64,000 bases of DNA from Vicugna vicugna (lineage: Eukaryota), in contig MU058844.1 in assembly GCA_013265495.1 (NCBI GenBank), positions 3,849,895 to 3,913,894 on the forward strand, read 5' to 3'. A program made the position numbers and the translations under genes. The notes below the pieces were generated by a model. It did not search any database. It saw nothing but the letters and a program-made list of their open reading frames with translations, and was not told the origin of the DNA. Shown one piece after another: positions 24,591 through 38,010 of this stretch (positions within the stretch are counted from its first letter, which is position 1; each line of letters begins with the position of its first letter).

Positions 24591-26811
24591 CTTTATTTTA
24601 AACCCAGGGAGAGGTCCCCTCATAAAACATGAATTTGCCTGTTTAGATAGAAGAAATTCCTCATCAGATTTAGTGCCTGGACTAAGCCTGTTTGTAATCT
24701 TTTATATGGTATCTTTCTCCCCAAATTACCAAATATCATAAAAATAGGCATGCACAGAGATGGCAGGCCACACAGATGCTCCCGCTCTCGTTGCCACACT
24801 CCTAGAGGCCACGGCTGACCTCACCACCCGTTCCCGTGGATCCGACTGTGGTCTTAGTGCCTCTCAACTCTGGGCTTGAAGATGATGCTACCAACCAATT
24901 AGAAGTGAAGGTAAAAGAAGGTTAAACATTTTCAACTTCCCCACACACCTGAACCAAAGCTGTGAAAAAAGGGCATATCTGAGGTAATTAATTGCCCAGA
25001 AATATTTAATACCCTCTCCTCTGCTACATTTAACATGAGGCTTGAATGCTTTGTTTTTGACTTAGTCACAGTGTTCCCTGGAGTCATGGGCATGTTTCTG
25101 CGGCCCACTAAAATTAAAAAAAAACCTGAGCACAACTTACTTAATTTGCAACTCTTGCCACACCACTTTACACCTGAATGCTTTAGCCTTTGGGCACACG
25201 GTAATCACAATGCATTCACTTACTAGGTAGTAACATCCACTTTATAGAAAGAGCTTTCATCTACCCACAGTCTCCTCTTTTTTCGCAAAAGCATTTGGCT
25301 GATGGTCTCCAAATGACAACAACCCAACTTTTCTCTTTGTAGCCTGACAGGTCAAAGACCCTGCTAAAGTCAGGAAAGAGATGTATCATGTTGCTCTAAT
25401 AACAGAGTGGAAACTCCTTTAATGTTCAGATTCTCTAGGGAAGAACACCATATTAAAAGTACTGACTCGCAAGAAGTATAGGTGCCTGGCATCTTACACA
25501 GTGTGACATGAAGGGGGCCAGCTTTCTCCCCAAGGCCCATTTCAGCTTTTGAACATATTCAGAACAGGCGGCATTGAGACAAAGTCTATCTTTAAAAAAA
25601 AAGGGAGTGGGGCAAATATATAACAGACAGGATGGTAGATGAATGTCAACTGTAGTTCCCAAAATTGCAAACGTAGATCTCACTGGCTCTGGATTTAGCT
25701 AGAAGACAGTGGAAATGGCTGTGTTACTTGCATTTAAGGCAGTATTTGCTGAGCCAGTTGGGTTAGGTCTAAAGATTTTGCTGGTGAAGAGTTTCCATGT
25801 TCAATTTCTGAGGGAAAGAGAGTTAATATTTCCTTCAAAGTTGGGAGGAACCTTTTAAAACTGAGCTTTTCCAAATCTAAACTAAAAAAAAAAGTTTGCC
25901 TTAAAACTGAAAAAAAAGAGAGATGAATTTTATTTTGTGCCTTAAGATAAACTGGGTTTCCCCACCTCCATGCATTTATGTGTAATTCCAGGAGCTATTT
26001 GTTATCTGTCTGGCTTGAAAAATATAACAAATATAGTCAGATTATATATACTCGACTTCAGCACAGCTGATCAGAAAGTGAAACACTCATGTACTTTGCT
26101 GGTGTTTTGTTTTCTATTCCATTTACTAATTTTTCTGGCTTTTCATCTGGCCCACCTGCTATTGCCCCATTCTGTACACATTGCCTCAGAACCCCTCCCC
26201 TCCGTTCCAACACAAAATCTCAACAGAGACATAGATGTGTCATTTGGTGGGATTTCACGATTGCCCTCTGGACCACCCTGTTTTTTTTCTGGTCTTGGCC
26301 AGGCACTGATTTTTGTGTTTGGAAATACTCCAGCAGTGAAAGAAATCTTTCAAACTCTCCAAAGAATACATACTTGCTCTCTCATTCCTCCGGAAGCATA
26401 TCTGGAGAAACGACCACTGCTCTCAGAGTGGAGTGTTACAGAGGACTGAATTTGTAATCAATGAACATTTCCCAGAGTAGGGGGTGACTTCTCCTGTGTC
26501 TTAGGTTGAGTGAACAAAGATGAGTTCCATCGGTTGGCATTTAAAAGCTCAGTGACGTGTACATGAAAAGAGGCATTTAGAAGGGTTATTTTTTAAGATA
26601 CCAGGTCTGCTCTTTATCATTAAGACTTGAAATCTTCACGTATTCGTGGCCTCTCCAGAGAAACCTTGTCTGTGCGTGTGGAAGGACAAATTCACTGGAG
26701 ATTTTGAGGGTTCTCCCTCAGTTGAAACAGTTTGAGAATTTGCAGTTTTGAGTTGCAAAGACCAGCAGGCAGCCACACTGGATTACTTCTTGGGCTGGCT
26801 CCACTGGGCGT

Positions 26812-27005
26812 TATTGGTTCCAATACCGTAACTGGCATAAGAATTACTTGGTGATTTCACTAAAAGCATGGATTGCTTGCCCCACTTCCAGAAATTTTGA
26901 TTCTGTTGGTCTGGAATAAGGCCCAGAAATTCATAATACAAACAGATTTAGGAAAAAAAGTCCTAGGTGATTAATGCTTTGCCCAGCCAGGTTGGGGAGG
27001 CCATC
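26812..27005. mobile_element. MER5-like hAT-Charlie MITE
   Basis: 'cataagaattacttgg...ccccacttccagaaattttgattctgttggtctggaataaggcccagaaatt'. Confidence 0.7.
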
Positions 27006-28059
27006 GTTCTTGTCACGCTAACCAGCTTGTTTTGGAACTGAACCCTGACCTCAGCCTCATTAGTACCACACGCTGGATACCACAGCTAACTGGTTCCATT
27101 TGGAAATACATAACCTTGTCTCTGATCTTGCCAGAGGGCACTGATGTGAGAAAATAACCCTTACCACTATTTGCCAGCATAGCTCAATATGTGATTTCAA
27201 TACTGCCCTTTAGTTTCCCACTATACAATTTCAAAAAGTGTTTTAATCTTCCAGAGAATATCTACATTTGAGTGGAGAAAAAAGGGAAACCTGGTTTAAC
27301 GACAACAACAACAACAAAAGACTTTCCTAGTGAGAATGGTTTTATACACTTTAATGACTCTCTCAAAAAAATCTAAATTTAAATCTTTTTCTTTCCAACT
27401 AGGAATTATACAGCTTTTAATGATTTACCACAGCTTTTAGGAATAAATATCATTATCTTCTTAATATTTTTTCCCTGGATTATTATGAGGGATAATAGGT
27501 CCTGGACAAAGGGTGTGCATAGTATGTGTGTGTGTGTGTGTAAATAGTTGTTAAACACTGATGGCTCATTTTTTCTTGGAAGGCAGGCAGACCTCCTCCA
27601 ACTGTGAGGTCATCTCATTGTTCAAGATGATGCATGTTTCTGTACACCAGGCTCGTTTTCGCACCTTCTACGACTAATATCAGTTGAAAAAAATCGAAGA
27701 ATAAAAGAGTCTGTATCAAGATGAGACTTAAGAAAAAGGATATCAGGTCAAGAAAAAAAAAAAAAAAGGAAAAAACCCTCAAAACTCTATCCCTTAAAGC
27801 GGGCAAAAGATTTTAATGGGCTAGTTGATTCATCTAAGTCTACCTGGAACACATTAACCAAAGTGGTTTACTGAGTAATCTCTCTCAGGCTGGAACACAG
27901 TAGAAATTCTGAAAAGAATTTGGGAGATCAGGAAAGCTCTGTGCTCACTGAAGCTGAGCCAGGCCCCAGGCTCCAGATGGAAGCAATGCTCACTGATTAG
28001 AATCAATGCCATAAGAGATAAGGAAATGTTCCCTAGTGCTGTGCTGCTGTGCTTTGGTT

Positions 28060-28230
28060 CACTGGTTTCTCAAACTTCAGGTGCCTAAGAGTTCCCGTGG
28101 AAGCTTGTTAAAAATGCAGATGCCTGGACACCTTCCACTGAGATCTTGTTTCATTAGGCCTGGAACCAAAAAATAATCACTTTAATTAGCTACCCTGTGC
28201 TGTAGATCAGTCTTTGAGGTGTACTGCTCT
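28060..28230. mobile_element. MER5A-like hAT-Charlie MITE
   Basis: 'cactggtttctcaaacttcaggtgcc...gcttgttaaaaatgcagatgcctgg...ctttgaggtgtactgctcta'. Confidence 0.75.
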
Positions 28231-28399
28231 AGAGAAGGTTATTTGGTGAAAATAAAATCAAATTGAAAAGTAAAGATTTCCCCTATTTATACGAGAAATG
28301 ACATAATCGTTGTAGAAAATATGGGAACTTCAGAAAAATGGAAAAAAGAAAATGACTCTTCAAATGCCCCTAATTTGAGCAAACTGTGATGCTGTCCGC

Positions 28400-29250
28400 T
28401 AAGATCTCTCCTCTTCTCCTTTTTTGCAAACTCCAATGGATTTCTCTCCTTGGGCTTCCTCAGTTAACACCGCTAGATGAAAGTTACTCTCTGTTTTAGT
28501 GTGTTCAAATGCTAGTCCCTCCTGTAAATCATGTATCTTCAACTTCCCTTTGACAATTCCACTTAGATGTCCAACTATCATCTCAAACTTAAACATATCT
28601 AAACCAACTCCATTTTTCACAATCAAAATTGACTCTATTCCTCTTTTTGTTAAGAGGAACAATCTTCTCCTCAACAACAGCTAGAAGCTTCTTTAATACT
28701 TCTTTTTTTCACATTGTTTTCTAATCCGTTGCTAACTTCTCCTAACTCATTCTTCCCAATGCAGGCACCCTCTCTATCCAAGCAGACAGAAGGTAGTGTG
28801 TGTGAAAAGCTGTACTGATTTGAAACGTTGAATTTTTTCCCTCTAATTTGTCCTGAGCCCCTTAGGTCTTCTCCATCCCCTGACCACTGTGTCCTGTCTT
28901 CTGGACCTTCCCCAACAGCCTTGTACCACCCAGTAGCCTAAGTGTTTACACCTGACCCTGCTTCATGGGCCCTCCAGAACCCCTGTTCAGCCAGCCTCTC
29001 TTCTGGCTAGTCAATATCCATGCTGCACAGGGTGTGAAACAGATTCTTTATCACTTACTTTAGTTCATTCCTGTAGCTCCCCTAAAAGGACCCTTTGTAG
29101 CTAAGCTACTAGAGCTGTAACTCATCTAAACTTCCTGAATTCAGCCTCTCTGAACTTGAGTTATTTTATGTATCACTCACACATTTACCTTCCTAAAAAT
29201 CTGCTTTCATCATCTCCTCTGCTTTGAAAACTTATTGAAATGCTTACCTA
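28400..29250 (+). mobile_element. L2 ORF2/3' remnant
   Basis: 'ttgacaattccacttagatgtccaactatcatctcaaacttaaacatatctaaacc' is a classic L2 segment. Confidence 0.65.
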
Positions 29251-30914
29251 ATTCAATTCCATAAACTCTTAAGAGACTACTATGACAAAAACTAACCATT
29301 TTGGGCACCAAGAAGTTATAAAGATCACATTAACTGCTCATTAGATAGAAAATTTTAGAGGTTTGATATGAACACCAGTAAGGATGGGAGAAAGTGGAAT
29401 GTAATAAGAGGCACAGGATACTATATAATTCAGGCAAAAAATTTTGTTCTGAATGTCATCTGTTGATATTGGGGAGATGGATGCTGGCCTTACTCTTCAG
29501 CTTCAAAGTCTCTTTCCTGTTTTCTCATGGCCTCTTGCCTCCCTGTGTCCCAGTAATGCCCTTGACTTTCCCCTGCTAGCTCCATTATTTGACTCTTCTT
29601 TTCCCATGGAAACAACCAGTTTCAACAGGCCATCAAATTTCTTAGACAAAAGAGAGAAATTCTTCTTTATCTTCAAAGCTTCTTGTTAGTTGCAGTGGGC
29701 ATGCTATCCATGGTGTTTCAGAGCTTGTTATGTATTGAAAAAGATTGAAAGTATTAATTTTTTACTTAACTTTTTCAATTATATAAATGAATAAATTTAA
29801 AATTGCCTTTGTCCCACCAACAAAAGAAAAACACTGTTTGCATTTTACTTTATTTTTGGTTTTATGTCTATAACTATTTCTACAAGTATGAGATTATGAA
29901 ACCATATTATTTTATATCTGGTTAAAATTAGCATTATAAGATAAGGATTCTCCTGTTACTAAAATTGATTTGAAAATGTAATTATTGCCATCATACTTCA
30001 AATCACTTAGTCATTCCTCATTGTTATATATTTAGGTTGTTATTATAGATGTCATGAGGGTAAAATGAGAGAATTGATGTGTAAATGTTTGGAAGAAAAA
30101 TTAGAAATGACATAAAAATATAAGTTGGTTTTGTTTTTGCCTCTTCAATTGGTTGGCCACAACAAATATTACTGGCCCATTTGGGATAAAATTCAATAGC
30201 CGCATTAATTCTATTTTTGCCTACACTTGTTAGTACCAACTACATACAATGATGCAATAATTATTGAAGTTAAAAAAGTATTAGTGCATCAGGGTCTCAG
30301 AACTTGAGAACTGAGAGTCTAGGAGAGGAGAAAGATAAAAGAAATTAAAAAACAAGATACACACACCCAACTCACGCATCTATGTGTGTGTATATGAACA
30401 TAATGTAATAAATGTTATCATAAGAATATATAAAATATTGTGAAAACAGAAGAAGGAGCAAACATTGGGGGAGGGCATCCATAGAATGGCCATTTATGCT
30501 TAAGATAAATAGGGGTTCAACATGTAAAGAAAGGAGGGGAGGGACACTACAGGAATAGGGGGGAACAAAATTCAAAAGGGCATTGAGGTTGAAAGACCAA
30601 GAAATACAAGAGATTGTGTTACTGAAATGCTTAGGGTGCCTACAGGAGGGTAGAGACCAAGAAAGCAGAAATCTGGTTATAAAGGTTCCTGTATGCCCTT
30701 TTACAGAATTTGTACCTAACCATATACTAATTTAGTCTTAATGATGAACACTTCCAAAATCCTATTTCAAAATGGCAAATGTTGGCCAAGACCTAGGTCT
30801 GTTTTCATACCATAATTAGTATGAGTTTTTCTTTTCAGGTGGGAGAGTCGATATGAATGCTTTATTAGTGATAATCTCCACTTAACTTCAGGAAGCAATC
30901 ACTAAGAAGTATTG

Positions 30915-32900
30915 ACTCAATTATTCATTTAACAAATATATGTATTAAGTCCCTACTAAGTACAAGGCACTAGAGAGATGGTAAAATCACCATGCTTTTG
31001 TGAAGATTATTTTCTAGTGGAGAAGACAGTTGTTGAATAAGTTAAAAAGTAAGTAAAAAAGGAACCTTAATAAATTCCATGAAGGAAATAAATGGGGATC
31101 TTCATTCAAATAGATTTTTGAATGTCTAAGCATTGTCCTAGGTTCTGGCAATTTAGTGGTACACAAAATAGGCAAGGTTCACATGCTCATGGAGCTTACC
31201 TTCTTTCCAGTGAGTGATGCATTAAGAGAGTTAGGGAGGAAGTAAACTTAGATAGAGAGGTAAAGGAAGGTCCCTCTAAGGAGAGGCTATATAAGCTAAG
31301 ATGTGAAAAATTCAAAGAGCAGGGGGAAGAGCATTCCAGACAATGGAAAGAGCAAATATAAAAGTTTTGAGATAGGAAATGCCTTAGCTACTGGAGGAAC
31401 AGAAAGGAGAGCAGCATGGCTCTAATGTACTGAAGGAGATGGAAAGTTTAGTGAGATGAGGTAAGAGATGCTAAAAAGATCACTCCAACTGCCAAGCAGA
31501 AAACTAAATTAGAGAAGGGGAAGAGTAGAAGCAAGAAGACAACTTAACTTAGCAGGAATTTCTGTGGTCAAATGAGAAATTAAGGTGGTTTAGACAGAGA
31601 TGGATAGATTTGAATGTATTTGGAAAACTATAAATTGTGTGATTTGCTGATGAATTAGAGAAAGGAATTGAAGAATAGGTGACAAAGGTGTTTTCTATAT
31701 TTTGAACAACTAATGGATGCTGGTGCCATTTAATGAAGTGTTAAAGACTAGAGACAATAATAATTTTTGAGGGGGGAAATCAAGAACACCTTTTTGAGAT
31801 GCATATAGATATCCACGTGGAAATTTCAAGTGAGTAGTTAGAAACCTGTATTTGTTATTCTGCAGAGAGATTGCTTCTGGAGACATACATTTGAGGAATC
31901 ATTGGCTTCATAAGCAAATTTAAACTGTGGATCCAGAAGATCTCTACTCAGCAGCTAAAAAGAGAGGCTAAAGACAGGAGAAAAGAAGACTCAGAACAAA
32001 ACTCAAGAGTTGGACACTTGGAGGTAAAGCCAATGAAGGAAGCTGAGAAAGAACAGGCAGGGACTTAAGAAAAACAAGGGAGAGAGGGTTGTTACAAAAG
32101 CTCTGAAATATGTGTTTTTTTGTAGGTTGAATAGTTTCCCCTATACCTCAATCCATGCAGTTCAGGTGAGGCTGGTTCTTTCCTAATACACATGGCCCTC
32201 CTCAGCAACTCTGGGTTGGATGTGGCACCAGGCTGGCTCAATTAAAGTTTTCCTATGAATTCTGCTAATACTCACAGGAAAGATACATTTCCCCCTAATT
32301 AAGACCAGTAAAGAGAAGGGTGATTGATATATGTCTAGAACAGCTAATAGCCTTCTTTGTTGCCACCCGAGGTGAACCAGCCTAACAAACAAGATAACAG
32401 TGGAAATGTATGCTGAGAGATAGAGAAAAATAAATAGGTTTCTGATAATATTGTTTGAACCTCTGGATGCAATGCTGCCTTAAGCCAGCATCATTCCTTT
32501 AACTTCCTGGATAAAAGAGCCAATACATTCCTTTTATGTTTGAACAAGTTGGTTTGGGTTGTGTTCCTATTACTTGCAACCAGAAGAGACATGATTATTA
32601 CAGAAGCCTATGAGAAGAGGTGTTTCAAGAAAGGTGGATTAGTCAACTATGGGAAAAGCCACTGAAAGTTGAAAAAAGTGAGATGTATTAATTGGATTTG
32701 GCAACATGGAGTCACTGGTGACCTGGTTGCAAGATGACAGTGCAGTGGTAGGATTGGAAGTCTATCCAGAGTGGGAAAAAGAATAAATTGGAGGCGGTCA
32801 GATGGAGGCAGTGAAGGTGGCGACTTACTTAAGAAGAATTTCTGTGAAGCAAAGTAAAGCAATAAGGTGGCTGCTGGGAAAGATTACGGTACCAAAGGAG
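30915..32900 (-). mobile_element. Long L2 remnant interrupted by an MLT1 LTR
   Basis: Reverse L2 tail 'attcatttaacaaatatatgtattaagtccctact', 'gctcatggagcttaccttct', 'ggatgctggtgccatttaatgaag'. It resumes after ~32600 with 'ggatttggcaacatggagtcactggtgacc'. Confidence 0.8.
32120..32600 (+). mobile_element. MLT1J/K-like solo LTR nested in L2
   Basis: 'ccaggctggctcaatt', 'gataatattgtttgaacctctggatgcaatgctgcct', 'gagccaatacattccttt...ttacttgcaaccagaagagacatgattattaca'. Confidence 0.75.
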
Positions 32901-33904
32901 AAGGGAGGAAAATCTGTTTACCTCTGATTATTCATTCATCAAACGGTTATCAAAGGATGACTATGCGTTAAGCTATCTTAGACCTTGAGAGATTTTTTTA
33001 ACCTACCATAACCACTTCTTGCTTCCCAACTAGGAGTGCAGATGGTAGACTTTTAAATGAAAATTAAAAAATGGTGTAAGGGAAGTTTACACAGGTGGTG
33101 AAAAAAGATCATTGTCATCTGTCTGACTTATCACATTTTGTATTTTTGTGAAACGTGCCTCCCCTCAAATTGCTCAAAAATGGTACACATTGAGGTGGAC
33201 TTGTTTCCTCCAAGGAAAGAGGAGAATTTTTCTTACTCTGGGAGGATACATTTAATGAAGAACTACTTCAAGCCAGTTAGATTATCTTTTATGAAGTCAA
33301 TATTCTTTGGCAAGAAATGGTAACAAACAGCCATAAAGCCTCCTTTCAAGAAACACACACATAGACAAAATATTTAGTGCTTATGATGTGCCAGATACTA
33401 TGCAAAGTAGTGAAAATATATGAAAACACAGGCTTTGATATCTAAGAAAGCAGTTCCAGAATGGGGACAAATATACATAATTCAAAAATTTGATAAGAAT
33501 CATTGTAAAGATAAACACATGACTCCATAGGAATTCTTCAAAGGGGTATCCACATTAGAGTTGAATCTCAATCTTCCCAACAGGAAGTGATGTTTAACTG
33601 AATCTGGAGTGGTAAGTAGGACTTGGAAAAACAACAGATCTCCCTCACTAGCAGATTACTTGCTTCTCACAGTACAATCCAGCCTGTTTGCATGCAAAGC
33701 TCTTCACACAACAACACATAGTAAGTGCTTGATACATGCTGATTTAGCTATTATTAGCAGTACACTCCTATCTCCACATAGATCTTCAAAAGTAACAAAT
33801 TCACATTGGTTAAGAAGATGCAGGAAATCACTAGTGTGGAAAGAGCTTTGAAGTTCTGCAGATCAAACTGGAAATGGACCTCAGCTATTTATTAACTCCG
33901 TGAT

Positions 33905-34290
33905 TGTACTGGCTTACTAGGACTGTCATGACAAAATACTACAGACCAGAAAGCTAAAGCAAAAGAAATTTATTGTAGTGCAGTTCTGGAGGCAGAAAGT
34001 CCAAGACCAGGTTGCCAGGAGGTTTGTCTTCTTCTGAAGCCTCTCTCCTCAGCTTGTAGATGGTCCCCTTCTTGCTATGTCCTCACCTAGTCTTTTCATG
34101 GTGTCTCTTTGTGTGTCCAAATTTCCTTTTCTTACAAGGATGCCAGATTGGATTAGGGACATCTTAAAAGCCTCACTTTAGCATAGTCACCTCTTTAAAG
34201 CACTTATCTCCAATACAGTCAAGATTCTGAGGTGCTGAATATCAGGGCTCCAATTTATGAATTTGGGAGGACACAATTCAGCCCTTAACA
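33905..34290 (-). mobile_element. MLT1A/B-type MaLR solo LTR inserted in a MIR
   Basis: TG...CA termini, 'aagaaatttattg...cagttctggaggcagaaagtccaaga' and 'gaatttgggaggacacaattcagcccttaaca'. Degenerate 5-bp TSD gtgat/gtaac. MIR halves lie on both sides. Confidence 0.9.
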
Positions 34291-34742
34291 GTAACCTTGG
34301 AAACTCAACATGGTAATCACTCTGAGATTGTTTCCTCATCTTTAAAAAAGAGATAGAGCAGAGTGCCCTAGATTAGACCTGGATAGATTTCAGAATTAAC
34401 TGCAGGACTAGTGGGCTGGTGTCCACTCCTGTTTTCTACTTGCATAAATTGATATGCATTGGTATTTTCTGGCCAATGACAAAGCTCTAAAATCAAAACC
34501 AAAACAAACAACAACAAATCTCCTTTGTCATTTGAGAACAAGAGAGGATATGAAAGAGAGTGTCCCCTTGAATTTGGACTAAGTCCTGATAGAAGAGCTG
34601 AGTGATTTCTTTAAGACTCTGGGTACAGGCAGTCCTCCTTTGAGACTCAAGGGCAAACCTCTATATAGCTCTGGGGAGAGGTCCATTCTACCCACTTTTA
34701 TAAAAAGCACAACACTGCCTTTCCAATTCTACTAAATTTTGA

Positions 34743-35181
34743 TCTATCAATCAGCTTTGCTGCATAATAAATAACCCCCAAATTTCAGTGGCTCACAAAA
34801 ATAAACATTTATTTCCTGCTCGAGTTCCACATCGACATTTGTGAGTGAGCTGCATTGTGGCTCTGTTTAGCTCTGCTTGGCTCAGCTCCACGTGTCTTGT
34901 TTTGTCAGCCCCTTGATGGGACATGCCATTTTCATAGCAGTGAGGGAAGAGCAAGAAAATTGGTGGAGACAAGTAATGTCTCCTAAATTTTCTGCACAGA
35001 TGTGGCACACATCAGTGTTTTCTTACAGGCCATTGGCCAAAGCAAGTCTCATGGCTAAGACGAAGTAAAAAAGGCAGAGAAATGTGTAACAACTATAAGT
35101 AAGAGAGCAATGGGCTGAGATACATAATCCTCTAACAGGGAAAGAGAAGGTGATATTGCAAATAATAATATGACCTACAAC
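34743..35181 (-). mobile_element. MLT1 (H/J-like) solo LTR
   Basis: 'ctttgctgcataataaataacccccaaatttcagtggct...aaacatttatttc' and 'ccattggccaaagcaagtctcatggctaag'. Confidence 0.8.
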
Positions 35182-35664
35182 ATGCTGCTGTTTGCTGCTC
35201 ATTTGAAAAAGCCTAGCATTCATCTATAAAGATAAAATGAAGAATCATGCTGGTTCATCTAAATTAATCATGTTGCTGTATTTTCCCAAAATGCTGATTC
35301 ATTGCCCCAGTGATTCCCTTCACTTTTGCTGTAAGCAATGGGGATTTTCATAGAAGTAGAAATCTCATGTCAATATGCTAAGCAGTCATCTTCAGAACCA
35401 ATGACACATTTACAGGGAATTTCAAACAGAGGTACAGACATGGCAGGAGAAATTTCTGCCAGGGTCTGAGTCAAAACACATCAGACTGGTGGCATCTGTT
35501 TATGTGCAAATGCTTCACATGGTCTTGGATTTTGATATATAACACATTCGTGTGTTCTGTTTTACTTAGTTTTTAAAAAGAATTAAACACTGAATTCAAT
35601 TTTAAGAGCTTGATATTGTTACATATTTAAATTGCATAACTGGGATTCTTGCCAGCTGGAGAAG

Positions 35665-35673
35665 CAAGATGGC
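35665..35673 (+). promoter_or_regulatory. YY1-type motif (CAAGATGGC) of the L1 internal Pol II promoter
   Basis: The motif sits near the element 5' end, as in mammalian L1 5'UTRs. Confidence 0.65.
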
Positions 35674-36600
35674 AGAGTAGAAGGACACTTGTAGCTCACC
35701 CTCTCCCATAAATACACCAAAACTCTCATCTAAAGACCTACTCAGCCAACCAGAGCACCTGCGGAACTCCGACAGAACATCACCCTCTTCAAAAGACAAA
35801 GACGCCAAAAATCTGGTAGGAGAAAAGGAAAAAAGAAAGAAGAAAAAGTGAAACAGTGCCGATCCCATGGGGAGGGAGCAGCAAAGGAGGACTGGTGCTC
35901 ATTTGCTGGGTCTCCCCCCTCCAACGGAGAGGCCAGCAGGATGGAGGGGGAGCCTCTGAGGCTCAGATCTGCCCTGTGCACCCCTTGACCAACAGAACTG
36001 AGTTAAACGGGCACAAAGGGACACCCAGCCTGAGAGCGCTGGCAGCTGGGGCTGGGACAGGCCTCCAGAGCTGGGCAGAGGACAGAGGCGGCTGCACTGA
36101 GGCAGCCATGGGGGGGGGCCGCAGGGTGCTGTGCGCCGTGGCTGGGAGGGGATATGGAGCAGAACAACCTCAGTCCCCCATAAACTGTGAAAAAAGCAAA
36201 GCAACACAGCAGTTGTGCTCTGGGGGGGGGGGCTGTAGCCTTCGTCTCCTCAGACCCGCACTGCCATTATGGGAGCTTCTCGCCAGAAGAGAGACAAGGC
36301 ACAGCCACAGCTGCCATAACCTCCTGTGCGCAGTGCCCGGGCAGGGGTGGGGCTGAGACCTGAATCCGCACTGGGGTCTCCGCAACCTCCTAGGCTGGAC
36401 TGAGACTTGTTTACAGCCCGAGGGAGATAAGATCTTTCTGCCCAGGCACCTCAGAAAACTCATACAGCCAAGATAAACAAGGAGCTAAGATTTGGCACAG
36501 AGCAGGGGCGGGCCGTTCCGCGGTCTTCCCTGAGCCTGCCTTCAGGGCAGCAACCCAAGGTGGAGCAGGCAGCTGCACAGACCAGCCGAGTGACCGGCAC

Positions 36601-36830
36601 CAGGAGAGGGCAGGCGGTCACCCACCCTCCTGGCAGGAATGCAGCACCTCACCACGGTGCTGGGAGGGGGCGTGATCCGCCCACCTGCCTCACCGGAGTG
36701 CAGCATCTAACTGCGCATTGGGAGGGGGAGTGATCCGCCTGCCCGCTGGGTAAGAGCTCAGCACTTGACTCAGTGTTGGGAGGGAGAGCGATCTGCTAAC
36801 CAACAGCCACTGGGAGCAGCACAGATGAGG
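36601..36830 (+). repeat. ~59-bp degenerate tandem array (about 4 units) in the L1 5'UTR
   Basis: Recurring 'gggaggggg(c/a)gtgatccgcc...cagca' at about 36602, 36662, 36720 and 36778. Confidence 0.8.
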
Positions 36831-36977
36831 GTGCCAACAGAGGGCCCTTGGAAACAGCAAGCTGAGTTCGTGAATCAGGGCAAAGACACAAAGACCTCTC
36901 GATAAAATCATTAAGAGCACACCGTCTCCAGGAGAACTAGATAACTGATACTCCTTAAGCCACAGTGCCAGAGAGAT

Positions 36978-37869
36978 ATGAGCAATATGAAGCTGAGGAA
37001 CCACTCCCAATTAAAAGATCAAGAGAAATCCCCTGAAAGCACGATCAAGGAAATAGACATTGATGGCTTACTAGATCAAGATTTCAAAAAAGGACTGATC
37101 AAAGTACTGAAGGAACTAAAAGAAAGTGTTTAGAGATATAAAATATGTCAAAAATGAAATTGAAGCTATAAAGAAGAACCAAGTAGAATTAGTAAACTCA
37201 TTTGCTGAGATAAGAGCTGACCTAAAGGCTGTACAAAGCAGGCTAGATAATGCAGAGGAATGAATAAGTGACCTAGAAGACAGGACAACAGAAAGCACCC
37301 AATCAGAACAGCTGAGAGAAAAACAAATAAAAACAATGAAAACAATATAAGGGACCTATGGGAAAATATAAAGTGTGCCAATCTACGCATAATAGGGGCT
37401 CCAGAAGGGGAAGAAAGAACAAAGGAGATTGAAAAGGTATTTGAAGAAATCATGACTGAAAACTTCCCAAACATAAAGGAATCAGATATCCAAGTACAGG
37501 AGACTCAGAGGGTCCCAAACAGGAAGAACCCAAACAGATCCACACCAAAACATATCATAATCAAGATGGCCAGAGTCAAGGATAAAGAAATGATCCTTAA
37601 GGCAGCAAGAGAAAAGCAAAGAGTGAATTACAAGGGAACCCCAATAAGGCTCTCAGCTGATTTCTCTACACAAACACTACAGGCCAGAAGGGAGTGGCAA
37701 GATATATTCAAAGTCCTGAATGAAAAAAAGATGCAGCCTAGGATACTCCATCCAACAAGGCTATCCTTTAGAATAGAAGGAGAGATAAAGAACTTCACAG
37801 ACAAGCAAAAACTAAGAGTTTAGCAACACTAAACTCATGCTAAAAGAAATATTGACAGGTCTATTCTAA
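36978..37869 (+). pseudogene. L1 ORF1p (coiled coil, RRM, CTD RNA-binding protein), disrupted
   Basis: MSNMKLRNHSQLKDQEKSPE... then RLDNAEE*ISDLEDR (TGA at 37261, probably CGA decay), NLRIIGAPEGEE, ENFPN, ILKAAREK, IRLSADFS...ARREW, LKEILTGLF*. Contains several frameshifts. Confidence 0.95.
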
Positions 37870-38010
37870 ATAGAAAAGAAGCAGGATGCTACAAAAATGA
37901 GAAACTCATAACTGGAAAGGAGATAACTGCCATGAATTACATAAAGAATAAACACAAAATTGTAAAAGAAGATATCTAAATCATTAAGAGTGGGAGAGGG
38001 AAGCAAGGAA

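Noticed and set aside
35856..36463. GC-rich ORFs (166, 102 and 97 aa) and a CpG-island-like region as a host gene start
   Set aside because: They lie inside the TSD-bounded L1 5'UTR, and the open frames reflect GC content.
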